Part shown: positions 1 to 11,400 of the stretch, one piece after another
Layout of the letters: the number at the start of each line of letters is the position of its first letter
Numbering within the stretch: position 1 is the stretch's first letter
Assembly: GCA_002269645.1 (NCBI GenBank)
Contig: NIVC01000774.1
Coordinates: 62,001-126,000 of the forward strand
Direction: 5' to 3'
From: Macrostomum lignano
Taxonomy: Eukaryota
DNA: 64,000 nucleotides
The notes under the pieces: model-generated
What the model was told of the DNA's origin: nothing
The model's database searches: none
Seen by the model: only the letters and a program-made list of their open reading frames with translations
Translations under genes and position numbers: made by a program

Positions 1-759
1 TGCACCCACCCCACTGTCTGTTAGGTTAGCCGGTTTTGGCTGGCTGCGGCTCCAATGCGCCCCTCGCTCGCCCTGCGATTGGCTGGTGGTAGTGATACCC
101 CAGGGCTTAACCAGCTAGCGTAAATATAAATATTTGCAGGAGCGGCGGTAGGGGAGGCATCTTTTTGGTTGAATTGTGCAAGACACAGCCATAAGTTCTA
201 GTATTGTAATCAGACCCGAAGTTATACTCGGTTACTCAGAAGTTACCCAGCCAGAACTGAAGAGCGAAGTTGAGAGAAGCCTCCCCTACTGCCGTCGCCG
301 CTGCTTCGGGAAGATAAAAGAGTGAGTCGCGCTTTTTCTCATTTGAGGGACTGGCGGGGATTAATTCGTGCAATAGGGACGGGCTGATCAAGTCTCTTGA
401 TCCCTCGATCCCTCACTCAGAGTCCGAAGTCAGTCCGGCCAGTTGACTGACGCCATCTTCGGCTCGTTCACTGAGATAATCAGAGTCGCGATCCGGCCTG
501 TAGCACAACAGTTATGACTGCTGCACAGTAGGTTATGATTGTAGCAAGGTAGGTTATAACTTGGCTATGAATTTGTCACTCGGCAGGGTGTCTGAAATGA
601 GATTTCCCTTGCATAACTTAGAAGATTTCTGTCTACTGAAGTGCAGCTGTTTATTAGCAAAGCCAATAATTTCGTGTATTTGTTTTCACAAAAATACTTA
701 ATAAAAACATTCGATTGTAAAGCAATAAAGATTTGTTCGGACGCCAACTCAACAGGGAT

Positions 760-1488
760 TTACAACTCCGCACTGTGCCTCTGCGGCATCCACCGCTGCT
801 GCTGCTGCTGCTGCAGCTGGCACAGCTGCCGCCGCCGGCGTCTCCGTTGCCTTTGCAGGTGTCTTCGAGCATCGCTAGCGGACAGCATTGACGACCTTCG
901 CTGTTGCGGCGGTGGCAGCTTCCGAGGCGGCTGCCCGCTGTTTTGCTCCGCTTCCTCGGCCGCCTCGACAGACGGCGACAGCGGCGGCGGCTCCCAGCAG
1001 GCGCAGCTGTTGATGCGACACCACAGAGCGGCGCCCCAGACTGAGCCGCCCACTGTGGCTGCCGCGCCCACCGCCAGAAGCCAGGCGCCTGCCAGGCCGA
1101 GCCGCGCCACCACTGTACTCGCCTGGCCTTCCCGCTGGCTCAGCAGAGCCGCCCTGTACAGGCAGCCAGTGCCAGCGACAAGCAGAGCCGCGCCAAGCAG
1201 AGCGCAGGTGGCGCATTTCAGGTACTGCCGGCGCTCTGCCCGGGGCCGACGCTCCCGCCCGGCTGAAGGGATCTCGCCGCAGGCTGCGTAATAAGATGAA
1301 GCGTAGAGGCTGCAGGTGGAGGATCGCCGGTCCAGGGCGGACGCGGAAGAAACTCGCCGGCTGAGAAGGCCGCCGCTGCCGCCACCGCCGCTTCCTGCTA
1401 AGAGGTTGTATGACGGCGCCAGCAAGCTCACATGCGGAGCGGAAAGGTGGTGAATTGAGTCGGAGGCTGGGGCTCGCACGGAGCGCAT
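760..1488 (-). CDS. Two-transmembrane protein of unknown function (242 aa ORF; frame stays open upstream to an acceptor at 1527-1528)
   Basis: GC-rich ORF with two hydrophobic segments (ATCALLGAALLVAGTGCLY; LGLAGAWLLAVGAAATVGGSVWGAALWC) and a C-terminal R/Q-rich tail. Acceptor ctctctctacag lies 38 nt upstream of the ATG. Confidence 0.6.
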   Translation of the reverse strand: MRSVRAPASDSIHHLSAPHVSLLAPSYNLLAGSGGGGSGGLLSRRVSSASALDRRSSTCSLYASSYYAACGEIPSAGRERRPRAERRQYLKCATCALLGAALLVAGTGCLYRAALLSQREGQASTVVARLGLAGAWLLAVGAAATVGGSVWGAALWCRINSCACWEPPPLSPSVEAAEEAEQNSGQPPRKLPPPQQRRSSMLSASDARRHLQRQRRRRRRQLCQLQQQQQQRWMPQRHSAEL

Positions 1489-1914
1489 GCTGATGCAGCT
1501 GATGCTGGCTGGAGGCTGGGAAAATTCTGTAGAGAGAGAAATTCACTGAGATTCGGTGCACAGCACTTATATAGCTACATGTAAATTGATCCAAGGCAGG
1601 AGTGTCGAGTCTCTCACAAAACTCTCATATAGTCAGATGAGCTTGATTGATCGGTCAGAGAATTTCGGCTGTATTGGCAACACGGCCCCATGCTTAGCTA
1701 ATGCCGAATGGGCCGCGATCTTCATCAAACACAGGCGGACAGTCCAGTTTATGTGTAAAATGACGCCAAGTTTGTAGGCCCTGCGCAAGCTCGTAAAGGC
1801 GCAGCTCAGAAAGCCGGAAAAGTCGTTAGGCTAAGAATTGACTCCGAAAGGGCGCCGCTCCTTTTTGTATTTAAAAATCAGTCAAAAAGGAAAGGTAGAT
1901 TTAAGGACTCCGAT

Positions 1915-2745
1915 GGATCCAATGAGCGGAAAGGCAGATTCAATGAGCGGAGAGGCAGATTCAATGAACGGAAAGGCAGATTCAATGAGCGGAGAGGCAG
2001 ATTCAATGAACGGAAAGGCAGATTCGATGAGCGAAAAGGCAGATTCAATGAGCGGAGAGACAGATTCAATGAGTGGAGAGACAGATTTAATGAGCGGAGA
2101 GGCAGATTCAATAAGCGGAGAGGCAGATTTAATGAGCGGAGAGGCAGATTCAGGGACTGAATGAGCGGAGAGGCAGATTCAGGGACTGAATGAGTGGAAA
2201 GGCAGATTCAGGGACTGAATGAGCGGAGAGGCAGATTCAGGGACTGAATGAGCGGAGAGGCAGATTCAGGGAGCGGAGTGAGCGGAGAGGCAGATTCAGG
2301 GACTGAATGAGCGGAGAGGCAGATTCAGGGAGCGGAGTGAGCGGAGAGGCAGATTCAGGGAGCGGAGTGAGCGGAGAGGCAGATTCAGGGACTGAATGAG
2401 CGGAGAGGCAGATTCAGGGAGCGGAGTGAGCGGAGAGGCAGATTCAGGGACTGAATGAGCGGAGAGGCAGATTCAGGGAGCGGAGTGAGCGGAGAGGCAG
2501 ATTCAGGGAGCGGAGTGAGCGGAGAGGCAGATTCAGGGACTGAATGAGCGGAGAGGCAGATTCAGGGAGCGGAGTGAGCGGAGAGGCAGATTCAGGGAGC
2601 GGTGTGAGCGAAGAGGCAGATTCAGGGAGCGGAGTGAGCGGAGAGGCAGATTCAGGGACTGAATGAGCGGAGAGGCAGATTCAGGGAGCGGAGTGAGCGA
2701 AGAGGCAGATTCAGGGAGCGGAGTGAGCGGAGAGGCAGATTTAGA
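1915..2745. repeat. Minisatellite: 21-bp GAGCGGAGAGGCAGATTCAAT grading into 29/30-bp variants
   Basis: Direct reading. Explains ORFs 1838..2164, 1878..2111 and 2533..2793. Confidence 0.95.
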
Positions 2746-3659
2746 AATGAAACACGGAAGGAGAAACTCTAGTGCAAATAAATTTTTTATCAAGTAAAGT
2801 CCGCATAGCTATGAAGAATTAATCTCAGTGAGCAATCTCTGTGATTGATGCCTTTGCACTTAGCCAATGCTAGCTATAAATAGCCTGTTGCCGATATCGG
2901 TCGAACAGTGCAAAAGTGTTTCAAGCAATAAAAAAGCCAGTCAATTTTGGCATAAGCTTTTTGTTGGAGTGTCGGGCACAGTGTATATCGTCACAGATAT
3001 CCAGTTTTTGATACTGTTATATATTTCTTCCATAGATGCAATGGTAAATAATGCGGCATCATTTGTAGTTGTGCAACGTAAAATGAGTTGGAAAAATATC
3101 AGGTTTAAAATAAAAATAAATAAATACGCTCGTACAGCCAGTAAACAGGAGGTTTGACACGGCGACTGGTGCAAAACAAAAATGATAAAAAATAACAAAG
3201 GAGACTAGGTAAGACTCTGCAAATATAAGCAATAGAAGGAGTGCAGATTAGTGAAACTAATTGTCACTTGAGACAACAGCTATTAGAGTCCTACTCAACA
3301 CCTTAAACAGAGATGAATGTTTATATACTATCCTAAACCAAGTGTTCTCACGCAATAGAATTTGGCTTGCAGTGCTCAAGCTGAACAGAAAATATGAGTA
3401 ACTGATCATGTTTCCACTTAAGCAGTGGCAGGAGTTGCTCAAGGAATCAAATATAGCATTTTCCACATCCGTTTTAAATAGGAAGCTCTTGTTCATGCCA
3501 GTGGGGATTTAAATATCTATAGAATATAATCTGACAGGATCATGCATTTAGCAAAGCCTTTTATTCATTTTTGATACTTTGTTGTGCAAAATCAAATTCA
3601 TTATAAAATAAGCTTCGCTTGACATAAAATTGGGGAAGTGAGCTCTCAGAAAAGGCTTC

Positions 3660-4262
3660 CGTTAGTACCAATAGCTTTCCGATAGCTTTCAGGTAGCTTT
3701 CAGGTAGCTTTCCGATAGCTTTCAGATAGCTTTCCGATAGCTTTCCGATAACTTTCAGATAGCTTTCCGGTAGCTTTCAGGTAGCTTTCCGATAGCTTTC
3801 AAATAGCTTTCCGATAGCTTTCAAATAGCTTTCCGATAGCTTTCAAATAGCTTTCCGATAGCTTTCCGATCGCTTTTAGGTAGCTTTCCGATAGCTTTTC
3901 GATAGCTTTCAGGTAGCTTTCCGATAGCTTTCAGGTAGCTTTCCGATAGCTTTCAGGTAGCTTTCAGGTAGCTTTCAGGTAGCTTTCAAATAGCTTTCAG
4001 ATAGCTTTCAGGTAGCTTTCAAATAGCTTTCCGATAGCTTTCAGATAGCTTTCAAATAGCTTTCCGATAGCTTTCAGATAGCTTTCAAATAGCTTTCAGA
4101 TAGCTTTCAGGTAGCTTTCAGATAGCTTTCCGATAGCTTTCAGGTAGCTTTCAGGTAGCTTTCAGATAGCTTTCCGATAGCTTTCAAATAGCTTTCCGAT
4201 AGCTTTTCGATAGCTTTCCGATAGCTTTCCGATAGCTTTCAAATAGCTTTGCGATAGCTTTC
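3660..4262. repeat. 11-bp tandem array TAGCTTTC(CGA/AGG/AAA/AGA)
   Basis: Direct reading; invariant 8-mer plus a variable trinucleotide. Confidence 0.95.
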
Positions 4263-4447
4263 CGAGAACTAACTGATTGTATCCACCGACAAGCTCAAAA
4301 TTTATTCAGCGATCCATCTACTTTAAGTAGGATATTAATGATTTCTTAGTCTATAATGGGGCCATTCAGCCATCACAGAGCCGCTACATTAGCCAATCAA
4401 ATATATCAGCAACCAGTCCATTCCCAGCAGGATATCAATGAGCCCTA

Positions 4448-7279
4448 TCAGTCACCCGATCCGCTCTCGTCATCGTTGATGCACTGCAGACTGTTCTGGC
4501 CAAACCATTCCGTCCAGTGGCCGGACATCAACTGGTGATAGAACGGCGTCAATGGCAGCTGAACGGCCAGGCAGCCGTGGAAAGGTGGCTCAGGCGGCAG
4601 CAGGGCGGCTGGCACGCAGGCGTGCAGGGCGGCCACATCGTCGCCGTGGTTGTGCACGCGGTCGGCCAGCTTGCTGGGCAGCAGGGCGGAAGCGACCCGG
4701 CAAGTTGTGTTGAAAAACCGGCCGCCGCGGACAACGTTCAGGGCGCAGACTCGGACCGGCAGGGCCTTGTGAACCACGGCCCGGTAGCGCCGGAAGTAGC
4801 GCAGGTCCAGGCGCCGGATGTGGCGCAGGGCAAGGCCGGACATGTCGAGCACGACTGAGACGCCGCAGACCTGCGACCGGAGTTTTGTGCTCATCAGAAT
4901 AGTGCTAGGTGTAGGGTGCTGGGCGTTGCTTAGTGGGACCGGAAGTTGATGCTTAGTGGGACCGGAAGTTGATGCTTAGTGGGACCGGAGGGTGGAATGG
5001 TGGATGCTTAGTGGGACCAGAGGGCGATGCTTAGTGGGACCGGAGGGTGGATGCTTAGTGGGACTGGAGGGTGATGCTTAGTGGGACTAGAGGGTGATGC
5101 TTAGTGGGACTGGAGGGTGATGCTTAGTGGGACTGGAGGGCGATGCTTAGTGGGACCGGAGGGTGGAATGGTGGATGCTTAGTGGGACCAGAGGGCGATG
5201 CTTAGTGGGACCGGAGGGTGGATGCTTAGTGGGACTGGAGGGTGATGCTTAGTGGGACTAGAGGGTGATGCTTAGTGGGACTGGAGGGTGATGCTTAGTG
5301 GGACTGGAGGGCGATGCTTAGTGGGACCGGAGGGCGATGCTTAGTGGGACCGGAGGGTGATGCTTAGTGGGACCGGAGGGTGGATGCTTAGTGGGACCGG
5401 AGGGTGGATGCTTAGTGGGACTGGAGGGTGGATGCTTAGTGGGACCGGAGGGCGATGCTTAGTGGGACCGGAGGGTGATGCTTAGTGGGACCGGAGGGTG
5501 ATGCTTAGTGGGACCGGAGGGCGATGCTTAGTGGGACTGGAGGGTGATGCTTAGTGGGACCGGAGGGTGGAAAGGTGGATGCTTAGTGGGACCGGAAGGT
5601 GATGCTTAGTGGGACCGGAGGGTGGAATGGTGGATGCTGAGTGGAACCGGAAGGTGATGCTTAGTGGGACCGGAGGGTGGAATGGTGGATGCTTAGTGGG
5701 ACCGGAAGGTGATGCTTAGTGGGACCGGAGGGTGATGCTTAGTGGGACCGGAAGGTGATGCTTAGTGGGACCGGAGGGTGGATGCTGAGTGGGACCGGAG
5801 GGTGATGCTTAGTGGGACCGGAGGGGATGCTTAGTGGGACCAGAGGGTAGAATGGGGGATGCTTAGTGGGACTGTAGGGTGATGCTTAGTGGGACCGGAG
5901 GGTGATGCTTAGTGGACTGGAGGGTGATGCTTAGTGGGACTGGAGGGTGATGCTTAGTGGGACTGGAGGGTGATGCTTAGTGGGACCGGAGGGGATGCTT
6001 AGTGGGACCAGAGGGTGGAATTGGGGATGCTTAGTGGGACCGGAGGGCGATGCTTAGTGGGACCGGAGGGCGATGCTTAGTGGGACCGGAGGGTGATGCT
6101 TAGTGGACTGGAGGGTGATGCTTAGTGGACTGGAGGGTGATGCTTAGTGGGACTAGAGGGTGATGCTTAGTGGGACCAGAGGGGATGCTTAGTGGGACCA
6201 GAGGGTGGAATGGGGGATGCTTAGTGGGACCGGAGGGGATGCTTAGTGGGACCAGAGGGTGGAATGGGGGATGCTTAGTGGGACCGAAGGGCGATGCTTA
6301 GTGGGACCGGAGGGTGATGCTTAGTGGACTGGAGGGTGATGCTTAGTGGACTGGAGGGTGATGCTTAGTGGACTGGAGGGTGATGCTTAGTGGGACTAGA
6401 GGGTGATGCTTAGTGGGACCAGAGGGGATGCTTAGTGGGACCAGAGGGTGGAATGGGGGATGCTTAGTGGGACCGGAGGGCGATGCTTAGTGGGACTGGA
6501 GGGTGATGCTTAGTGGGACCGGAGGGTGATGCTTAGTGGGACCGGAGGGTGATGCTTAGTGGGACCGGAGGGTGGATGCTTAGTGGGACCGGAGGGTGGA
6601 TGCTTAGTGGGACCGGAGGGTGGATGCTTAGTGGGACCGGAAGTTGATGCTTGTTACAATATGGGTGATGATTTTCAGATGATTACTGATGAGATCAGGC
6701 GGTTGATCTTTGATAGGATTCCATAATTTTTTAAGTTTTCCGTGATCACAAACGCAGAAGATGCCTAACCTGAGTATCCTCTTCCTCTAGCAGGGCCTCC
6801 ATGACAACGCAGGTAGCCCGCACGAGTTCAGTGCTGGAGTACTTGGCGCAGTCCCAGAGGCCCAGTCTGTACAGCACGATCCGCCTGCCCTCACCGTCCC
6901 TATGAGGCAGCACAACAAGCACGCCGTCCTCAAGCACAGGCCGCACCCCAGCTGGTCCATAGTCGTCAAATACGTCAGGGAATTTGCGCCTTACTCGCAG
7001 ATAAGCTCTAATCCGTTTGTGCGCGCCGTCGACGTTAAACTTGCGGTGGCGAAGGAACTTCAATAAGAAGGCGTCGTCCGTGCGACAACGCATGGTAGCA
7101 TCCGATTGAATGGCGGAGCGCAGAGCTGACAGGGCGGCAGACCGGGTCTCCGGGGTCTCGCCCAGCTCCTGTTCAGCGCGCCTGCGGGCCGCCTCGGAGA
7201 GGCCGCTGGCTGACTGCTGCTGCTGCTGCTGGCATGCGCCCAGCGCAGTCAGCTGAGGGGCTCTGGCGGCGTCAGTCAT
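4448..7279 (-). CDS. CRAL-TRIO (alpha-tocopherol transfer protein/clavesin/RLBP1-like) lipid-binding protein, ~310 aa; exons 7279-6770 and 4870-4448
   Basis: Motifs ELGET, TDDAFLLKFLRHRKFNV, LPHRDGEGRRIVLYRLG and EEEDTQ|VCGVSVVLDMSGL. A phase-0 GT-AG intron (CAG|gttagg ... cgcag|GTC) joins the two ORFs in frame. Confidence 0.92.
4925..6650. repeat. ~23-bp minisatellite GATGCTTAGTGGGACCGGAGGGT filling the CRAL-TRIO intron
   Basis: Direct reading; occupies ~1.7 kb of the 1.9-kb intron 4871-6769. Confidence 0.95.
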
Positions 7280-8453
7280 GCAATTATGAGAATAAAAATA
7301 TTGATTAATACTGTTTGAAATGAATTGTTTCTGCAGCTGTGGAGTCAATTCATACTTATAGTGAAATATGACCAAAATACATTTTTGCCTAAACTAGCCA
7401 ACCAAAAATAAATTTACATTTTGTCTATCTAAATAGTGTCAAAAGAATGATTTATATTGGATGACACAAGGCAAATAAAAAAATTCTATCATTTTTGTAT
7501 ATATGGTAAAGAAACATTTTAAAATTCCACAAAAACATGCAAAATGCCTAGCTTTAAAAAAGTTTATTATAATAATATAAAAAGAATATTTTATCCAAAA
7601 GGCATATGGCCATCTTTATAGTTATTTGTTTAGGACTTTGTTTGAATTTAACAAAATAAAAGGAAGTAGTGGCATTAATGCTTTAGATTTTTATTCATTA
7701 AAAAAATTTTAAAAACCTAATTAGAAAGATATTTTTGTTATTAATCTTATATGGTTCAAAGATTTTTTTTACTAATTACCAATAAAAACCAGAATAAAAG
7801 TAGATTTTTATAAACACAAATCAAATAAAGACAAAATATTATGCTAGTATAATTTTAGTTTCATGCAGTTTTTTTATTTATCTTCTAAAATGAAATATGT
7901 TATTTTGTAACTTCTTTTTTGACACATTATTCTATTACTTTTGTCGAAAAGAATATTATTTCAACTTGCATCGCACTATAGTCTATAGACTGTTCATAAT
8001 AATAGTAATAATCTATTGTTATATTAAATTTTATCAATGAAAACGAACAAAAGAGAAAATCCTAATTTTTGTCCTTAAATTTAAAAATAACAGCGAAATA
8101 GTTTAATGGCACAATAATCCGTATGTGCTGGCTAAAATATTAAAACTTAATCAGTACAATAATCATCTTGGAAATAAAAGCGGACTGTTTAATCGATAAC
8201 TTTAAAAACAGTATTAAAATCATTAAAACATCATAACAAACATAAACTGAATTTAGAAGTAAGACGAACGAAAAATGTTACAAACTAATAAAAGCTTTTC
8301 TTTTCTTATTTTAAAAAATTAAAAAGATATAGATTATTTATTTTCAGTGAATCTAAGCTCAATTTTTTTGTTGATTGCATCCGTTTTTGAGTGAATGAAA
8401 GTGCGAGAATTTACTTTTCTTGACATGCAATTGGAGTCGCCGAGGCTTTTGAA

Positions 8454-11400
8454 ATGGCGGCTACGGATAGCCAGCTGCTAAATAATAGCAATCTGAGGAG
8501 ACTCGGAGCAATGAATGATCCAAAAGTTTCAAGGTAAAGTTATCAAATACCACTGGCGATTCATGTTTGTGAAAATATGCCGATGGAAAGGGAAATTACT
8601 TTCATCGTCCCAGCCGTCTAACGATTCTTAGATACAACTGGCTCTGAATAATCCTGCAATAAGTATTGTGTTTTAAATCGAGAGCAAATTTTCTTTACTC
8701 AATTTACCGACATGCGACCTACATATTTATATGCGGAGTTACAGTAAGCAGTTACTTTTTCTGATTTTAGCTAGCAACTAGCGACCATTTTGGCAGGTAT
8801 CCTACACTTTTTATTGTATTAAATAAAAAGCTACTTAACTCAGTTTACAGAAGGGCCTATGCATCCAATTTTCGAAAAGCATTCGGTCCTTTTAACCACT
8901 ATAAAATCTGCTTTGCAAAATTCTGCTAGCTATGACTATATACGTTTTCATAATAAATCAAATTTCAGAGTCAACCTTTCTCGACCGGGCCATCTAAACA
9001 GCCTTGAAGACGCAAACGCATTGCGACTACGCATCAACCGGGTCAGCTTGGTGCAGCAACTAAATGTTTACCCCGTACTGGACATTCTCTGGAGGGAGAA
9101 AATCCTCAGTGATGCTGATTTAAAACTGATTAAACGGGGAAGCTCGAAGGCAGATCATACGCGCATTCTTCTTGATATTTTGCCTACAAAAGACCAGCAT
9201 ACCCAATGGTACCTAAGATTTCGGTGAGTCTCAGTCATTTTTAAATAGATAGTTAAAGTGGGCCAATTATTTTACACAGATTATTCCGTCATTCAGTGTT
9301 CAGTGCCAAAGGTTGTTTCACTTCTCGATTCTCAGGGAGGCTCTGCAGAAGACTGCCGAACTCGATCCAGCAACGCAGCGGCAGCACACGATGCTGGTTT
9401 CATTCCTAGATAATACCATTGTCCAGCGTCCACTCCAGCTGCCAACAGCCGCAGCAAAGCAGCAGCACGCGCAGAAGCAGCCCCTGGCCAGTGGAAAGCG
9501 ACAGCTGGTGCAAATCCTGCCAAGCATCCCCAAAGACGAATCGACAGCGGACTCAGCCGAGGCGGCCTCTCATAAAGCGCTGTGGAAGCAGCTGAAGGAG
9601 GCAGCCAATCCGCCAAAGTCGGCGGCTCCGCGACCGCCGCCCTCTTATCGAGAGCGACTGGCCGAGCTGCCACCGGAGCTGGTAGAGGCCTACGGGTAAG
9701 AATTGGTTGGGGACACTGCATGCAGGAGAAAGCAGGAGGACATAACCCTAATAATGGTGAGAATTCATTGCAAACAAATTTATCGTGTAAAAGTACAATC
9801 GAATTCAAGACTAGAAGGACACTGCACTCGGAACTGGGTGCGAAAATAATTTGAAGGCCGATTTTTACCTTCGCTTGACTCTTACTCCATTACATGTATC
9901 AATACTTCTCATTATACATGTAGTTGAATACCTGTAATCAATGGTAAATTTTGCCTAGCACAGATGGCATTATTCCATACTTATTTCAAGCCAATGCGAC
10001 TGGAGGGTGGATAGATAATAATAAGGATTGTAAAGCAGTCACGTGATGAAGTTTGTTCGTGAGGTGAATGTACACTGAGGAGCGGCTGTGGCCAAAATTA
10101 ATTGCTATTATATCTGGGTGAAAGTGCATATACAATGACCATACAATTTTGTGATACTTCGCTTGTCGCTTATCACATGTGGAAAGAGATTAGAAGAAAA
10201 AGGTTGCATTTACTACTTACAAGTACCACAAATGCAGGAAACACAGGAGATGTCGAAGATGTTTGCTGCAATTGAATAAATACACGTTCACTGGCAATCA
10301 TTCCGCAGGGCATGGCGCACAGACAAGACCGAGTCCATGCTGCGCCGGGAACGCGAAGCCCTGAAGCGAGTGCGCGCCGCTGATTACTTCCTCGCCTGCC
10401 TGACGGCCTCGGGCGGCGACACGGTTGACAAGTCGTCGACTGCGCCGCTGATGTGCCTGCACGCGCCCGTGAAGCGGCTGCTGAAGGATGCCAGACATTC
10501 GCACATGGCCTACAAGCACTTTCACCTGCTGTCCAGCCGCCACCTGGTGTCCCTGGCGCCCGCCCTGGCCGCCTCCTACTGCGCTCTGGTCGGCCGGTTT
10601 GCCGTTTGGTCCCCGTTCGCCGCCCGCAAGCTGGCCAGGCACGGCTTCCGCCTGTTCGACTTTCTCGAAGGCCTGTGCGAATTCCGGCTGTGCGAACTGG
10701 TGGCCGCCGCTCTCGCTGAATTCGCCGCCCGAGGCGCCGGCCTCGCCTCGCTGGTGCCCAGCTTCCGGGCCGGAGTCCGCCTCATGGAGGCCCGGCTCAA
10801 CAACGCCCAGCTGGCTCTGGCCGACGCAGCTCGACTGGCCGCCAGCGAAGCCGCTGGACGCATCGTCGGGTGTCCTTCGGCCAGGAGCTGCTCAACCAGT
10901 CGGAGCTGTTGGCGCTGACTGGCCGGCTGCTGCTTGAGCAGGGCAGCCTGCTGCCTGCGCAGACCTGCTTCGCGACGGCTGTCAATGCAAGTTGGGCTGG
11001 GCTGGTGGCTTCTGGCGTTTTCAACAGATGCTCTGGTATGCCAGCGGCCCAGGCTCGATTCCAAGTTCAGCCACATTAGTTTGGGGCTGAATCGGAATCT
11101 CGGCTTGGCTCTGCTCCTACAATTAACGGCCTGGAGGGCCAATCCCCAAGGCACAGTGAAGTGTACATGCCTAACGATAAATAAAGTTAGGGCCGCTGTA
11201 CACTCCTGTGTGAGTGTGTGCCTGTGCGTATGACTGCGTACGTATCCGCGCGCTTGTGTGCCTGCTCAGGGGAGTCGGCGGAATGGGCACCCAATAAACA
11301 TAACTAAAAAATGACTAATTAATAAATCCTTGTCCATTATTACCCCAGTAATGCCTCTATCCGGTTGTGTGACAATGTCGCTTAAAGTGGGCCAGGGTGC

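Noticed and set aside
1398-1431. 34/37-nt mini-intron in the 2-TM gene (AT|gtgagc...ttag)
   Set aside because: Splicing leads into a frame that lacks the TM helices, while the unspliced frame is open.
9336-10990. APAF-1/NLR-type NB-ARC or NACHT domain after the CARD
   Set aside because: No Walker A/B motif is visible; the region fits an APPBP2-like helical repeat instead.
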